Shown: in pieces, positions 5,420-12,648 of the stretch
Numbering within the stretch: the first letter of the stretch is position 1
Layout of the letters: every line of letters starts with the position of its first letter
Assembly: GCA_042217695.1 (NCBI GenBank)
Contig: JBDGSE010000015.1
Span: forward strand, 1 to 13,106
From: Candidatus Nanohaloarchaea archaeon
Lineage (GTDB): Archaea; Nanohalarchaeota; Nanosalinia; Nanosalinales; Nanosalinaceae
Direction of reading: 5' to 3'
Length of the DNA: 13,106 nt
Program-made: the position numbers and the translations under genes
Notes under the pieces: model-generated
Seen by the model: the letters and a program-made list of their open reading frames with translations, nothing else
Database searches by the model: none
Told to the model about the DNA's origin: nothing

Positions 5420-8221
5420 TTAAATCTGGATGTCGAATGCCTTGGCGAACTCTTCGTCGCCCTGGACGTTGTCCGAATACTTCTCCAGGTTCTCGTCCGC
5501 GTCGTAGTCCTCGTGATAGGATGCCGAGACCGCGCCTTTCTCTCCTAACAGTGTTACAGAGGCTTTGTAGTCTTTCGCAAGCTGACGGGCCAGCTGTATC
5601 AGGAGCCCGACGTTCTCTGTAGGTATTTTTTCTTCCAGAGCCCTGTCCTCTATCCTGGGTCGTAGGAAGGATTCCAGGCTGTTCTCCAGCCTCTCCAGCT
5701 CTTTCTCGTTCTCTTTCCAGGCTCTGTAGAGGCTCCTGGCTCTTTTAATCAGTGTACCGCTTTCCGTTTCCTCCAGTTCAGCTTCCTCGTCCATGTAATC
5801 TGCCAGTCTCTCTGCCTTTTCCCGCTTCTCCTGGTTCTCCTGTTTGAATCTTTCCACGGTGTCTATCAGCTGTTCCGGTTCAACCGAGAAGATGTCGCAC
5901 AGTTCTCTCTGTACCTTCCTGGGTGTTCCTCCAAGAACTTCTTCGCGGAGAGAGTCTGCTTCCAGTCCGAGTTCGCTGGCCGCTTTATCTACCCTGTTTT
6001 CTATGGCCGACAGGAACTGTTCTGCTGCCTCTCCGGCCCTGTATTCGATCCTTATGACGCCGTCCTGGACTTTCTTGCTGCCGGTGATCACGAACTCTCC
6101 GGCCTCTCCTGTCCGGGCCAGGTGGGTTCCGCCGCATGCCTCGACGTCGAACTCCTCCTCGTTTTCTATCCTTACAATCCGTACAGTGTTTTCTGGAGCG
6201 GCACCTCCCTGGTAGATGCGGAAGCCGTACTGATTCTCTGCCTCGGTCTTCGGGACACGTTCCTTCTCTATCCTCATGTCCTCCTGGATTACATCTCTTA
6301 CCTGGTCCTCTATCCGGTCCAGTTCTTCCCTGGAGAGCTTCTCGTAGTGCGTGACATCGAGTCGGCCCTTTTCGACCGTCTTGTGGGCGCCCGCCTGCCA
6401 TATATGGTCTCCCAGGAGTTCTCTGGTAGCTCCGTTTACCATGTGGGTGGTGGAGTGGTGCTGCATCAACTGCCTGCGGCGCTCCCACTGTATCCTGGCC
6501 TTGACGGTGTCTCCCTTTTCGAGGTCGTGGTCCGGAGCCCTGTGGAGCACTATGTTGTCCTGTTTCTGTACGTCCACCACTTCTTCGTCATCGATTCTCC
6601 CGTGGTCAGGTTCCTGGCCGCCGCCTTCAGGGTAGAATACTGTCCTGTCGAGGACCACCCAGTCATCTCGTAGCGCGACCACTTCTGCGTCGCATTCTCT
6701 CCGGGTCTCGTCTCGGTAGTAAAGCAGTTCTGTCTCTTCCACTCCATCGAGGTCGAACTTTTTCTCCACGTCCTCCACTGTTTCCTCGTCCGTGGCCAGC
6801 CGGGCATAGAAGTCCTCGGGCACCTTGAAACCGTGTTCCTCCATCATCTCGGGTGATACGCCGTGACTCTCGTAGAGCTCTATCATCCTGTCGAGGGACG
6901 GTTCTCTGTCCAGGGAGGCCAGTTTTTCACGGGCCTTCTGCCGCGATTTCTCGTATTTCTCTTCTTCGACCTCCAGTATCTTTTCCACCTCGTCCATCCT
7001 GTCTTTCAGTTCGGGGAACATCGGCTCGAGTTCCTCGGCGTGCCACTCCATCACCTCTTCGATCTCGAGTTCCCAGTCGTACTTCTCTATGAAGTCTTTT
7101 GCTCTCCGGTACACCATCCGCAGGTTGTGGCCTCCTCCCGTGTTCGAAGGGAGCTTGCCGTCAGCCAGGGCGAAGAGCAGGGCTCGAGCGTGTTCCGCCA
7201 CCGAGTAAAGTGCGGCCGCGGGCTTTATCTCGTCCTTGAGTTCTTCGACGGGGACGTTCATCTCGTCGGCTATCTCCGCCCATTTCTCGTCTATATCCTC
7301 GACTTCGTCCACGTTCAGGTATGAGGAGTATGGCAGGAAGTCCTCCCACAGACCAGGGTCGACTTCAAGTCCCGTGCGCTCCTTCATTTTTCCGATGGCG
7401 AGAGGCATCACGGATTCGTAGGATGTCTGGTCTCCGCGGGATATCCAGGTTATCCTCTCGTGACCCATCCCCATGTCAAGGACTTTCAGGTCCAGTTCCT
7501 CGTATCCTTCCGGTGTCACCTCGTAGAACATGTAGACCTGGTTCCACAGCTCGAGACCATCCACGAAGAACTCCATGCATGCGCCGAGATTTCCTCCGCC
7601 GCCCCAGGAGTCTTCGTGCAGTATGAGTTTTTCTTCAGGTATACCCAGCTCGTCGACAGCGAACTCGAACATGTCCCGGAAGTAGCGATCCTGGTCGTAC
7701 TGTTCCGATTCCTGGAAACAGGTCTGGCCTATGTGGTCGTGCAGTACATAGTGTCTTCCAGTTACACCGACATTGTCTACATCGTTAAACCTGAGAGAGG
7801 GTTGAGGTACAACGAGTTCGGGTGCAGGAGGTTCCGCCTCCCCTGAAACCACGTAGGGCTGGAAGTCGTAGATCGCTGCGCCGACGAACTCGACGTCATC
7901 CCGCCACCGGGCGACTACCGGGTATCGGTCTATGGGTTCGTATCCGCGTGAGGCCATGAAGTCCCGGAATATCTGCCAGGTCTCGACGTAGCTGTATTCT
8001 TCTTCAGTCGGGGAGTCGCCTATGAACGTGTACCCTCCCGAGCATTCGGGTTCTCCGCAGACCTTCCTGTCCGGGTCGGAGCTCCAGAAGTACATCCCAC
8101 AGTTCTCGCACTGTGAGCGCTCAAAACCTTTTTCTCTGAGTACGTCTGTGGCGAAGAATTTTTCCGGGTTGGAGGAGGCCTCCTCCTTTATCTCGGATTT
8201 CAGCTCGTCGAGGCTGGGCAT
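5420..8221 (-). CDS. alaS: Alanyl-tRNA synthetase (archaeal type, full-length)
   Basis: N-terminal Zn-ribbon CENC...CGEPEC, YPVVARWRDD, QPSLRFNDVDNVGVTGRH, LDMGMGHER, FYPEGGGQEPD, and editing motifs HHSTTH and EACGGTH. Confidence 0.98.
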   Translation of the reverse strand: MPSLDELKSEIKEEASSNPEKFFATDVLREKGFERSQCENCGMYFWSSDPDRKVCGEPECSGGYTFIGDSPTEEEYSYVETWQIFRDFMASRGYEPIDRYPVVARWRDDVEFVGAAIYDFQPYVVSGEAEPPAPELVVPQPSLRFNDVDNVGVTGRHYVLHDHIGQTCFQESEQYDQDRYFRDMFEFAVDELGIPEEKLILHEDSWGGGGNLGACMEFFVDGLELWNQVYMFYEVTPEGYEELDLKVLDMGMGHERITWISRGDQTSYESVMPLAIGKMKERTGLEVDPGLWEDFLPYSSYLNVDEVEDIDEKWAEIADEMNVPVEELKDEIKPAAALYSVAEHARALLFALADGKLPSNTGGGHNLRMVYRRAKDFIEKYDWELEIEEVMEWHAEELEPMFPELKDRMDEVEKILEVEEEKYEKSRQKAREKLASLDREPSLDRMIELYESHGVSPEMMEEHGFKVPEDFYARLATDEETVEDVEKKFDLDGVEETELLYYRDETRRECDAEVVALRDDWVVLDRTVFYPEGGGQEPDHGRIDDEEVVDVQKQDNIVLHRAPDHDLEKGDTVKARIQWERRRQLMQHHSTTHMVNGATRELLGDHIWQAGAHKTVEKGRLDVTHYEKLSREELDRIEDQVRDVIQEDMRIEKERVPKTEAENQYGFRIYQGGAAPENTVRIVRIENEEEFDVEACGGTHLARTGEAGEFVITGSKKVQDGVIRIEYRAGEAAEQFLSAIENRVDKAASELGLEADSLREEVLGGTPRKVQRELCDIFSVEPEQLIDTVERFKQENQEKREKAERLADYMDEEAELEETESGTLIKRARSLYRAWKENEKELERLENSLESFLRPRIEDRALEEKIPTENVGLLIQLARQLAKDYKASVTLLGEKGAVSASYHEDYDADENLEKYSDNVQGDEEFAKAFDIQI

Positions 8222-8303
8222 GGGACTGTCTTCCGGGTGGAGTCTTTTATCTGGTTTGGATAGATAGAAAAAGAAAGGTTAGGAAGTTGCAGAGGCGGAG
8301 AGC

Positions 8304-8615
8304 TTAGAAAAGCTCGCCCAGTCCTTCTGCAGCTTCTTCTTCGGAGGCTTCTTCCTCTTCTTCCTCCTCTTCTTCTGCTTCCTCTTCTTCCTCTTCTGCG
8401 GATTCCTCTCCGCCAGAGGTGGCCGGTGCTGCGCCGGTTGCGACCGCTGTCTCCATCGCTTCCTCGATGTCGACATCCTCGAGAGCGGCTACGAGAGCCT
8501 TGACCTCGGAATCATCGACGTCGAGATCCGCGGCGTCAACAATGGCCTGCAGGTTGTCTTCGTTTACTTCCTTTCCTGCCTCGTGAAGAGTAAGTGCTGC
8601 GTATACAAGTTCCAT
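8304..8615 (-). CDS. rpl12: 50S ribosomal protein L12 (aP1, stalk protein)
   Basis: [38 protein letters not shown], an Ala/Glu hinge and C-terminal EGLGELF. SD GGGTGA upstream. Confidence 0.97.
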   Translation of the reverse strand: MELVYAALTLHEAGKEVNEDNLQAIVDAADLDVDDSEVKALVAALEDVDIEEAMETAVATGAAPATSGGEESAEEEEEEAEEEEEEEEEASEEEAAEGLGELF

Positions 8616-8651
8616 ATTTGATTCACCCTGGTGTCCCGTTCCCCGCCAACC

Positions 8652-8659
8652 CTTAAAAA
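8652..8659 (-). promoter_or_regulatory. Putative TATA box (TTTTTAAG) of a stand-alone rpl12 promoter
   Basis: AT-rich box about 37-44 nt upstream of the rpl12 ATG, leaving room for a short SD-containing leader. Confidence 0.45.
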
Positions 8660-8693
8660 GATATAGTACATAGATGAATACAAACAGGTTTTC

Positions 8694-9404
8694 GTGGTGA
8701 GGTTTTCCGAGCTGCCAGGCTGGACCCGTGTGAAACTGACAGATACAGGAGAGAAAGAACTTTGGCGCAGGGTGGACGAGTTCGGAGGTGTTAAACAGCT
8801 CTCAGAGGCGTTCGATTACTCTTCTACAAAGATGTACAACTGGCGCAACAAGCACTCTTTTCTGCCCGTGGGTTTCGTGAAACAGGTGATGGGCAACGAG
8901 GCCACTGGCGAGGTCCTCGCGATCAAGGGCAGGGGAAGAAGTTCCGTGATGAAAGACCCGGAGTTCCCGCTGGATGCTGGAGACGAGCTCTTGACGCGTG
9001 TGGATGAATCAGTGGTCGTCAACTCTGAAGGTACACCGGTGTACCAGGCCCGGGAACGTTCACTGGTGGACCGTTTCGACGAACTTCTGCAGGAACTGGG
9101 AGATGTCCCCACCACGTTTTACAGCAGAAGCCTGTACGAGTTAAGGTTCCCGAAGTTTCTCCACGAGCTGTTCGATTCCATGAACCATCAGGAGGACTTC
9201 GCCGCACTGGTTGACGAAACCGGCAAGATAGAGGACGGAAGAGTTGAGGCGGACGGGAAGTCCCTTGATGTAGCTGATTTCGGAGCCGAACTATACTCGC
9301 GTGAGAAACGTATGGAACTGGCGCTGGAACGCGGTGACTCGGAAGAGGTTATACGTTTGATGAACAAAGAGGCAGAAAAGATACGGAAAGCGTTTGGAGG
9401 ATAG
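8694..9404 (+). CDS. HTH-domain protein with degenerate LAGLIDADG-like region, antisense between rpl10 and rpl12
   Basis: XRE-like HTH ([28 protein letters not shown]), then [25 protein letters not shown] (aa ~99-113) and [11 protein letters not shown] (aa ~169-179), which resemble decayed LAGLIDADG helices. Codon and amino-acid usage match the host genes. Confidence 0.8.
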   Translation: MVRFSELPGWTRVKLTDTGEKELWRRVDEFGGVKQLSEAFDYSSTKMYNWRNKHSFLPVGFVKQVMGNEATGEVLAIKGRGRSSVMKDPEFPLDAGDELLTRVDESVVVNSEGTPVYQARERSLVDRFDELLQELGDVPTTFYSRSLYELRFPKFLHELFDSMNHQEDFAALVDETGKIEDGRVEADGKSLDVADFGAELYSREKRMELALERGDSEEVIRLMNKEAEKIRKAFGG

Positions 9405-9426
9405 GAAGGAGAAAGAAGAGAGGGTT

Positions 9427-10491
9427 TTACTCCTCTTCTTCGTCCTCGGAATCGGATTCTTTGTCGGTCTCTTCTTCGTCAGATTCGTCTTCCGAGTCCT
9501 GTTCCTCAGCTTCCTCCCCAGAGCCCTCTTCGGATTCTCCCTCTTCTGTTTCTTCTTCATCCTCTCCCTGTTCGGAAGATGGTGTCTCAGAAGATCCTCC
9601 AGAATCTTCGTCTTCTTCGAGGTCTACGGATTCAAGCTCGAGTTCCGAGTTCAAACCTTCCGCGTTTGAAGAGGCGTGGGCGAGGATCTCCTCGATTGTG
9701 TCCTCGGTGGGGATTCCCTCGCTGATGGAGAGGTTCTTCGCCTCCTGGACGGCCTGCGCGATGACTGTCGGCGCGGTTCTCCCGGTGACGTACCCGGAGT
9801 TGACGGCCAGGTTGAAGGCTGCACTCGATGCGGATTCGATATCTGCGCGGTACTGTTCGGTGTCGATGTCGAGTTCTTCCGCGGTGAACAGTTCTCCATT
9901 GCTGTAGGCCACGTCGAGGTCGAGCCCTATCTCCAGGGGTTCGATTCCGACCTGGTTCAGGATCTCGGCGGTATCGTCGTCGATCACTTCGCCTTTTTCC
10001 ACGATCACCGCATCTTTCTGGACGTGGATGGTACCGTCCTCTACCTGTACCTGGGCTCCTGCGCTCTGCAGTTTGCCAAGCATGGGTCCGGGACCGATAC
10101 CTGTGTCGCCTTCAGGCAGCACGATGTCGTTTGGTGCGACCTCTCCTCCCTGTGCTGCGGCCGAGGTCTTGTTCGACTGGATAAGGGAGTAGAGCTGGAA
10201 CGGGTCCCTGTTGGAGAAGATGAAAGCCGGCTGTACAGCTTCGTTCTCCCTGAGTTTTTCGATATCCTCCTTTCCGGAGTTCTCGATGGCGATATCCATC
10301 AGGGTCTTCCGGGACATCTTGATCTCGGCGAAATCCTTCATCTCCTTCTTGATCTCCTGGAGCTGTTTCGCCGGGAGGTTGTGCATGTCCAGGATGCCGA
10401 TCACCGGGTATTCCTCCAGTTTTTCTGCGAACTGTTCGACTTTCTTCTCTTTCTGCTCCCGGGTCATCCGCTTTGGTTTGGGTTGCACCAT
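9427..10491 (-). CDS. rpl10: 50S ribosomal protein L10/P0 (uL10) with long acidic tail
   Basis: LPAKQLQEIKK, MSRKTLM, AQGGEVAPNDIVLPEGDTGIGPGPML, LNQVGIEPLEIGL and AFNLAVNSGYVT. SD GGAGGTG upstream. Confidence 0.97.
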   Translation of the reverse strand: MVQPKPKRMTREQKEKKVEQFAEKLEEYPVIGILDMHNLPAKQLQEIKKEMKDFAEIKMSRKTLMDIAIENSGKEDIEKLRENEAVQPAFIFSNRDPFQLYSLIQSNKTSAAAQGGEVAPNDIVLPEGDTGIGPGPMLGKLQSAGAQVQVEDGTIHVQKDAVIVEKGEVIDDDTAEILNQVGIEPLEIGLDLDVAYSNGELFTAEELDIDTEQYRADIESASSAAFNLAVNSGYVTGRTAPTVIAQAVQEAKNLSISEGIPTEDTIEEILAHASSNAEGLNSELELESVDLEEDEDSGGSSETPSSEQGEDEEETEEGESEEGSGEEAEEQDSEDESDEEETDKESDSEDEEEE

Positions 10492-10595
10492 TATCTGGAC
10501 ACCTCCGTGTTTATGGTGACGCTGAAAACGAAGATTCTGGAGAATCTTCTTGGAAAAGATTCCTCCGGAAATCTTTGAATCTCTGATCTTCGCAT
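10491..10595 (-). CDS. Putative 34-aa bridging mini-ORF between rpl1 and rpl10 (MRRSEIQRFPEESFPRRFSRIFVFSVTINTEVSR)
   Basis: ATG immediately follows the rpl1 TAG and is preceded by GGAGGTGA. It is open for 34 codons and its TAA overlaps the rpl10 ATG (TAATG). Confidence 0.45.
   Translation of the reverse strand: MRRSEIQRFPEESFPRRFSRIFVFSVTINTEVSR
10530..10576. repeat. Two related tandem palindromes (AAGATT...AATCTT)
   Basis: GAAGATTCT-GG-AGAATCTTC (10530-10549, perfect 9-bp arms) and AAAGATT-CCTCCGGA-AATCTTT (10555-10576). Confidence 0.75.
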
Positions 10596-11216
10596 CTAGC
10601 TCACCTCCACTGTCGGACCCATGGTGGTCTTTACCAGGACCGACTTCACGTTGTTGTCGCCCTGTGGAAGCCTGTCGCGCACGAAGTCGTATACTGCGCT
10701 TGCGTTCCGCGCGGCTTCTTCTACTCGGTCCTCCTTGCCTATCTTGACCTGCATAAGAGGCTGCTCTCCCAGTCTCAGGGTCACAGTGTTCCGCAGGTCT
10801 TCGATCTCGTCCGTCGGATCGCTTCCGGGAGGCATCGGGTCCGGCATCATGTTGCGCGGACCGAACACCTGTCCCAGGTGCTGACCGATGTCGGGCATCA
10901 GGGGAGCCTCCGCGATGAGGAAGGAGTACTCCTCTGCCAGGTCCTTTGCCTTGTTCGGGTTTTCGTAGTATTCCTCGAGTTCGTCCTCGGTTATCTCAAG
11001 GTCGGCGTTGTCGGCGTTCTTTGCGAGTGTGTCGCCGATCACCGCGACCTTCACGTCCTCGTCGGCCTGGTACGGAAGTTTCAGGTCCTCGTTGAAACGG
11101 TTGTTGGGGTCTGAAAGATCCAGGCTCTTGAAGTTGATCACGAGGTCGAGGCTCTGCAGGAAATTGCGTTCATCCGAGTTCTCGACTGCCTCTTCGACTG
11201 CTTCTTCAAAGTTCAC
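10596..11216 (-). CDS. rpl1: 50S ribosomal protein L1 (uL1)
   Basis: RNFLQSLDLVINFKSLDL, FLIAEAPLMPDIGQHLGQVFGPRNMMPDP and VKTTMGP. GTG start with SD GGGTGAT. Confidence 0.97.
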   Translation of the reverse strand: MNFEEAVEEAVENSDERNFLQSLDLVINFKSLDLSDPNNRFNEDLKLPYQADEDVKVAVIGDTLAKNADNADLEITEDELEEYYENPNKAKDLAEEYSFLIAEAPLMPDIGQHLGQVFGPRNMMPDPMPPGSDPTDEIEDLRNTVTLRLGEQPLMQVKIGKEDRVEEAARNASAVYDFVRDRLPQGDNNVKSVLVKTTMGPTVEVS

Positions 11217-11260
11217 TGGAGATCACCCTGTGATTTCTGTGTAGGAGAAAATCTTTGCAT
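11213..11260 (-). CDS. Putative 15-aa bridging mini-ORF between rpl11 and rpl1 (MQRFSPTQKSQGDLQ)
   Basis: SD GAGGTGG overlaps the rpl11 TGA, ATG is at 11260, and the TGA overlaps the rpl1 GTG (GTGA). Confidence 0.4.
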   Translation of the reverse strand: MQRFSPTQKSQGDLQ

Positions 11261-11272
11261 TTTCGTTCCACC

Positions 11273-11770
11273 TCAGATACCTTCCTCGGCTTCCAGCCGG
11301 TCGTCGTATTCTCCGTTGTCGATTTTCTGCTCGAATTCGTATGCCTCGGTTCCCTCGACTGTTACTCCCATGGACTGCGCGGTTCCGATGACCTCCTTCA
11401 CCGCGCCTCTCAGGTCCATGGCCAGCAGGTCGGAGGCCTTCATCCTTGCGATTTTACAGGCCTGTTCAAAGCTCATGTCTGCGACCTTGTTCTGGTTGGG
11501 TTCGCCGGAGCCTGAGTCTATACCGAGCTCGTCCTTTATCAGGACTGCTGTTGGAGGCTTACCGACCTCTATCTCGAAGTCGCCGGTTTCCTCGTCGATG
11601 GTGACATCGACGGGCACCTCCATTCCCTCGAACTCCTCAGTTTTATCGTTGATGGCGTTTACAACCTCTCCCACGTCTACCGGCAGAGGCCCAAGTTCTG
11701 GTCCTAGCGGAGGGCCTGCGGATGCAGATCCGCCCTCGACTAGTGTGGAAATCGTTTTCTTGTCTCCCAT
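11273..11770 (-). CDS. rpl11: 50S ribosomal protein L11 (uL11)
   Basis: LVEGGSASAGPPLGPELGP, FEGMEVPV, VGKPPTAVLIK and KEVIGTAQSMGVTVEG. Confidence 0.98.
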   Translation of the reverse strand: MGDKKTISTLVEGGSASAGPPLGPELGPLPVDVGEVVNAINDKTEEFEGMEVPVDVTIDEETGDFEIEVGKPPTAVLIKDELGIDSGSGEPNQNKVADMSFEQACKIARMKASDLLAMDLRGAVKEVIGTAQSMGVTVEGTEAYEFEQKIDNGEYDDRLEAEEGI

Positions 11771-11792
11771 GTTTATCTTTCCTCGTCAAGTA

Positions 11793-12227
11793 TCAGTTAC
11801 TGGCTTTTTTGCGTACCATGTCGACATCGACCGTTGTAGGAATTGGTACCGCGGCATCGAGTAACTCGATCGTGACCTCGCGGTTGGTCTTGTCTACCCT
11901 GTTTATCTTTGCCTCCTCGCCCTTGAACGGTCCGCCCACGACTTCTACCGTGTCGCCGACCTCGAGCTTGATCTCCTCTGCTTCATCGCTGAGGTATTTC
12001 TCGATCTCGTCTATCTCGACTTCTTCCTCGATAACCCCGTTGATGTTCCTGGAGTTGCTTGCGAGCTGTTTTATGTCGGCCTCGTTCCCCTCGATGAAGA
12101 TGTAGCCTCGAAGGTCTTCCGGGTGGAAGAGCGCCTTTATATCCAGGTTTTTGTTCTTGATCTTGCTGTGGACCGTGTTGATGGCGGTCTTTTCTCTTCC
12201 ACGCGTGGTTCGGGCAGTGAGTATCAT
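11793..12227 (-). CDS. spt5: Transcription elongation factor Spt5 (NusG homologue)
   Basis: NGN domain (RTTRGRE, LRGYIFIEG) and KOW motif (GDTVEVVGGPFKGEEAKI), in the canonical position between secE and rpl11. Confidence 0.97.
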   Translation of the reverse strand: MILTARTTRGREKTAINTVHSKIKNKNLDIKALFHPEDLRGYIFIEGNEADIKQLASNSRNINGVIEEEVEIDEIEKYLSDEAEEIKLEVGDTVEVVGGPFKGEEAKINRVDKTNREVTIELLDAAVPIPTTVDVDMVRKKASN

Positions 12228-12530
12228 CTATCTAACCTCCTCTGAATCCAGGGTTTTCAGTCCCCCCGTTATCAGGACCAATCCCTGGCTCGCGGTCTGG
12301 TTTCCAAAGCTGATGTACTGTGGTAACAGGTTTGCCATTATATAGAACGCGAAGCCTATCAGGCCGATTATGATTATGCCTGCGCCGGTCACTTTCGCGC
12401 TCATCTCGAACTCTTCCCGGTCCGGCTTCTCCGATATCTTCAGCACACGGCGGTACTCCTGCAGCCGGTGCTTGATTCCTCTGGCCGATTTCCTCAGCTT
12501 CTCGGCAAACTTTTCAGGGGTTAACTCCAT
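12228..12530 (-). CDS. secE: Protein translocase subunit SecE/Sec61-gamma with N- and C-terminal extensions
   Basis: EYRRVLKISEKPDREEFEMSAKVTGAGIIIIGLIGFAFY. SD GAGGTG upstream; the stop abuts the spt5 ATG. Confidence 0.95.
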   Translation of the reverse strand: MELTPEKFAEKLRKSARGIKHRLQEYRRVLKISEKPDREEFEMSAKVTGAGIIIIGLIGFAFYIMANLLPQYISFGNQTASQGLVLITGGLKTLDSEEVR

Positions 12531-12545
12531 TTTTTACACCTCTTA

Positions 12546-12609
12546 AACCCGCAGCTAGAAGAGAACTCGAAACTCGAGTCCCTCCCACCAGAGGTGGTGC
12601 CAACGGGTT
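12546..12609 (-). promoter_or_regulatory. Structured 5' leader (three-way junction) of the secE-spt5-L11-L1-L10 operon
   Basis: Outer stem AACCCG/CGGGTT (12546-12551 with 12604-12609) encloses hairpins CACCA-N4-TGGTG (12586-12599) and ACTCGA-N3-TCGAGT (12565-12579, extendable by G-U pairs). Confidence 0.5.
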
Positions 12610-12630
12610 ACAATAGATAGGAGAAGAAAG

Positions 12631-12638
12631 TTTTATAA
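12631..12638 (-). promoter_or_regulatory. Putative TATA box (TTATAAAA) for the secE operon
   Basis: Close to the archaeal TATA consensus; the predicted start site (~12610) coincides with the start of the structured leader. Confidence 0.55.
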
Positions 12639-12648
12639 GCCGACTGGC

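Noticed and set aside
5844..7846. Several 60-183 aa ORFs inside alaS
   Set aside because: Alternative-frame or antisense ORFs within a clearly conserved gene.
8330..8400. (TTC/CTC)n tracts here and at 9427-9620
   Set aside because: They encode the poly-Glu/Asp tails of stalk proteins; not a CRISPR array or independent repeat.
9676..10578. 300-aa plus-strand ORF and other ORFs antisense to rpl10, rpl1, rpl11 and spt5
   Set aside because: Almost entirely antisense to well-supported genes; composition is typical of shadow ORFs.
12546..12609. tRNA gene in the secE leader
   Set aside because: Only two inner arms, with no TTCRA T-loop or D-arm signature.
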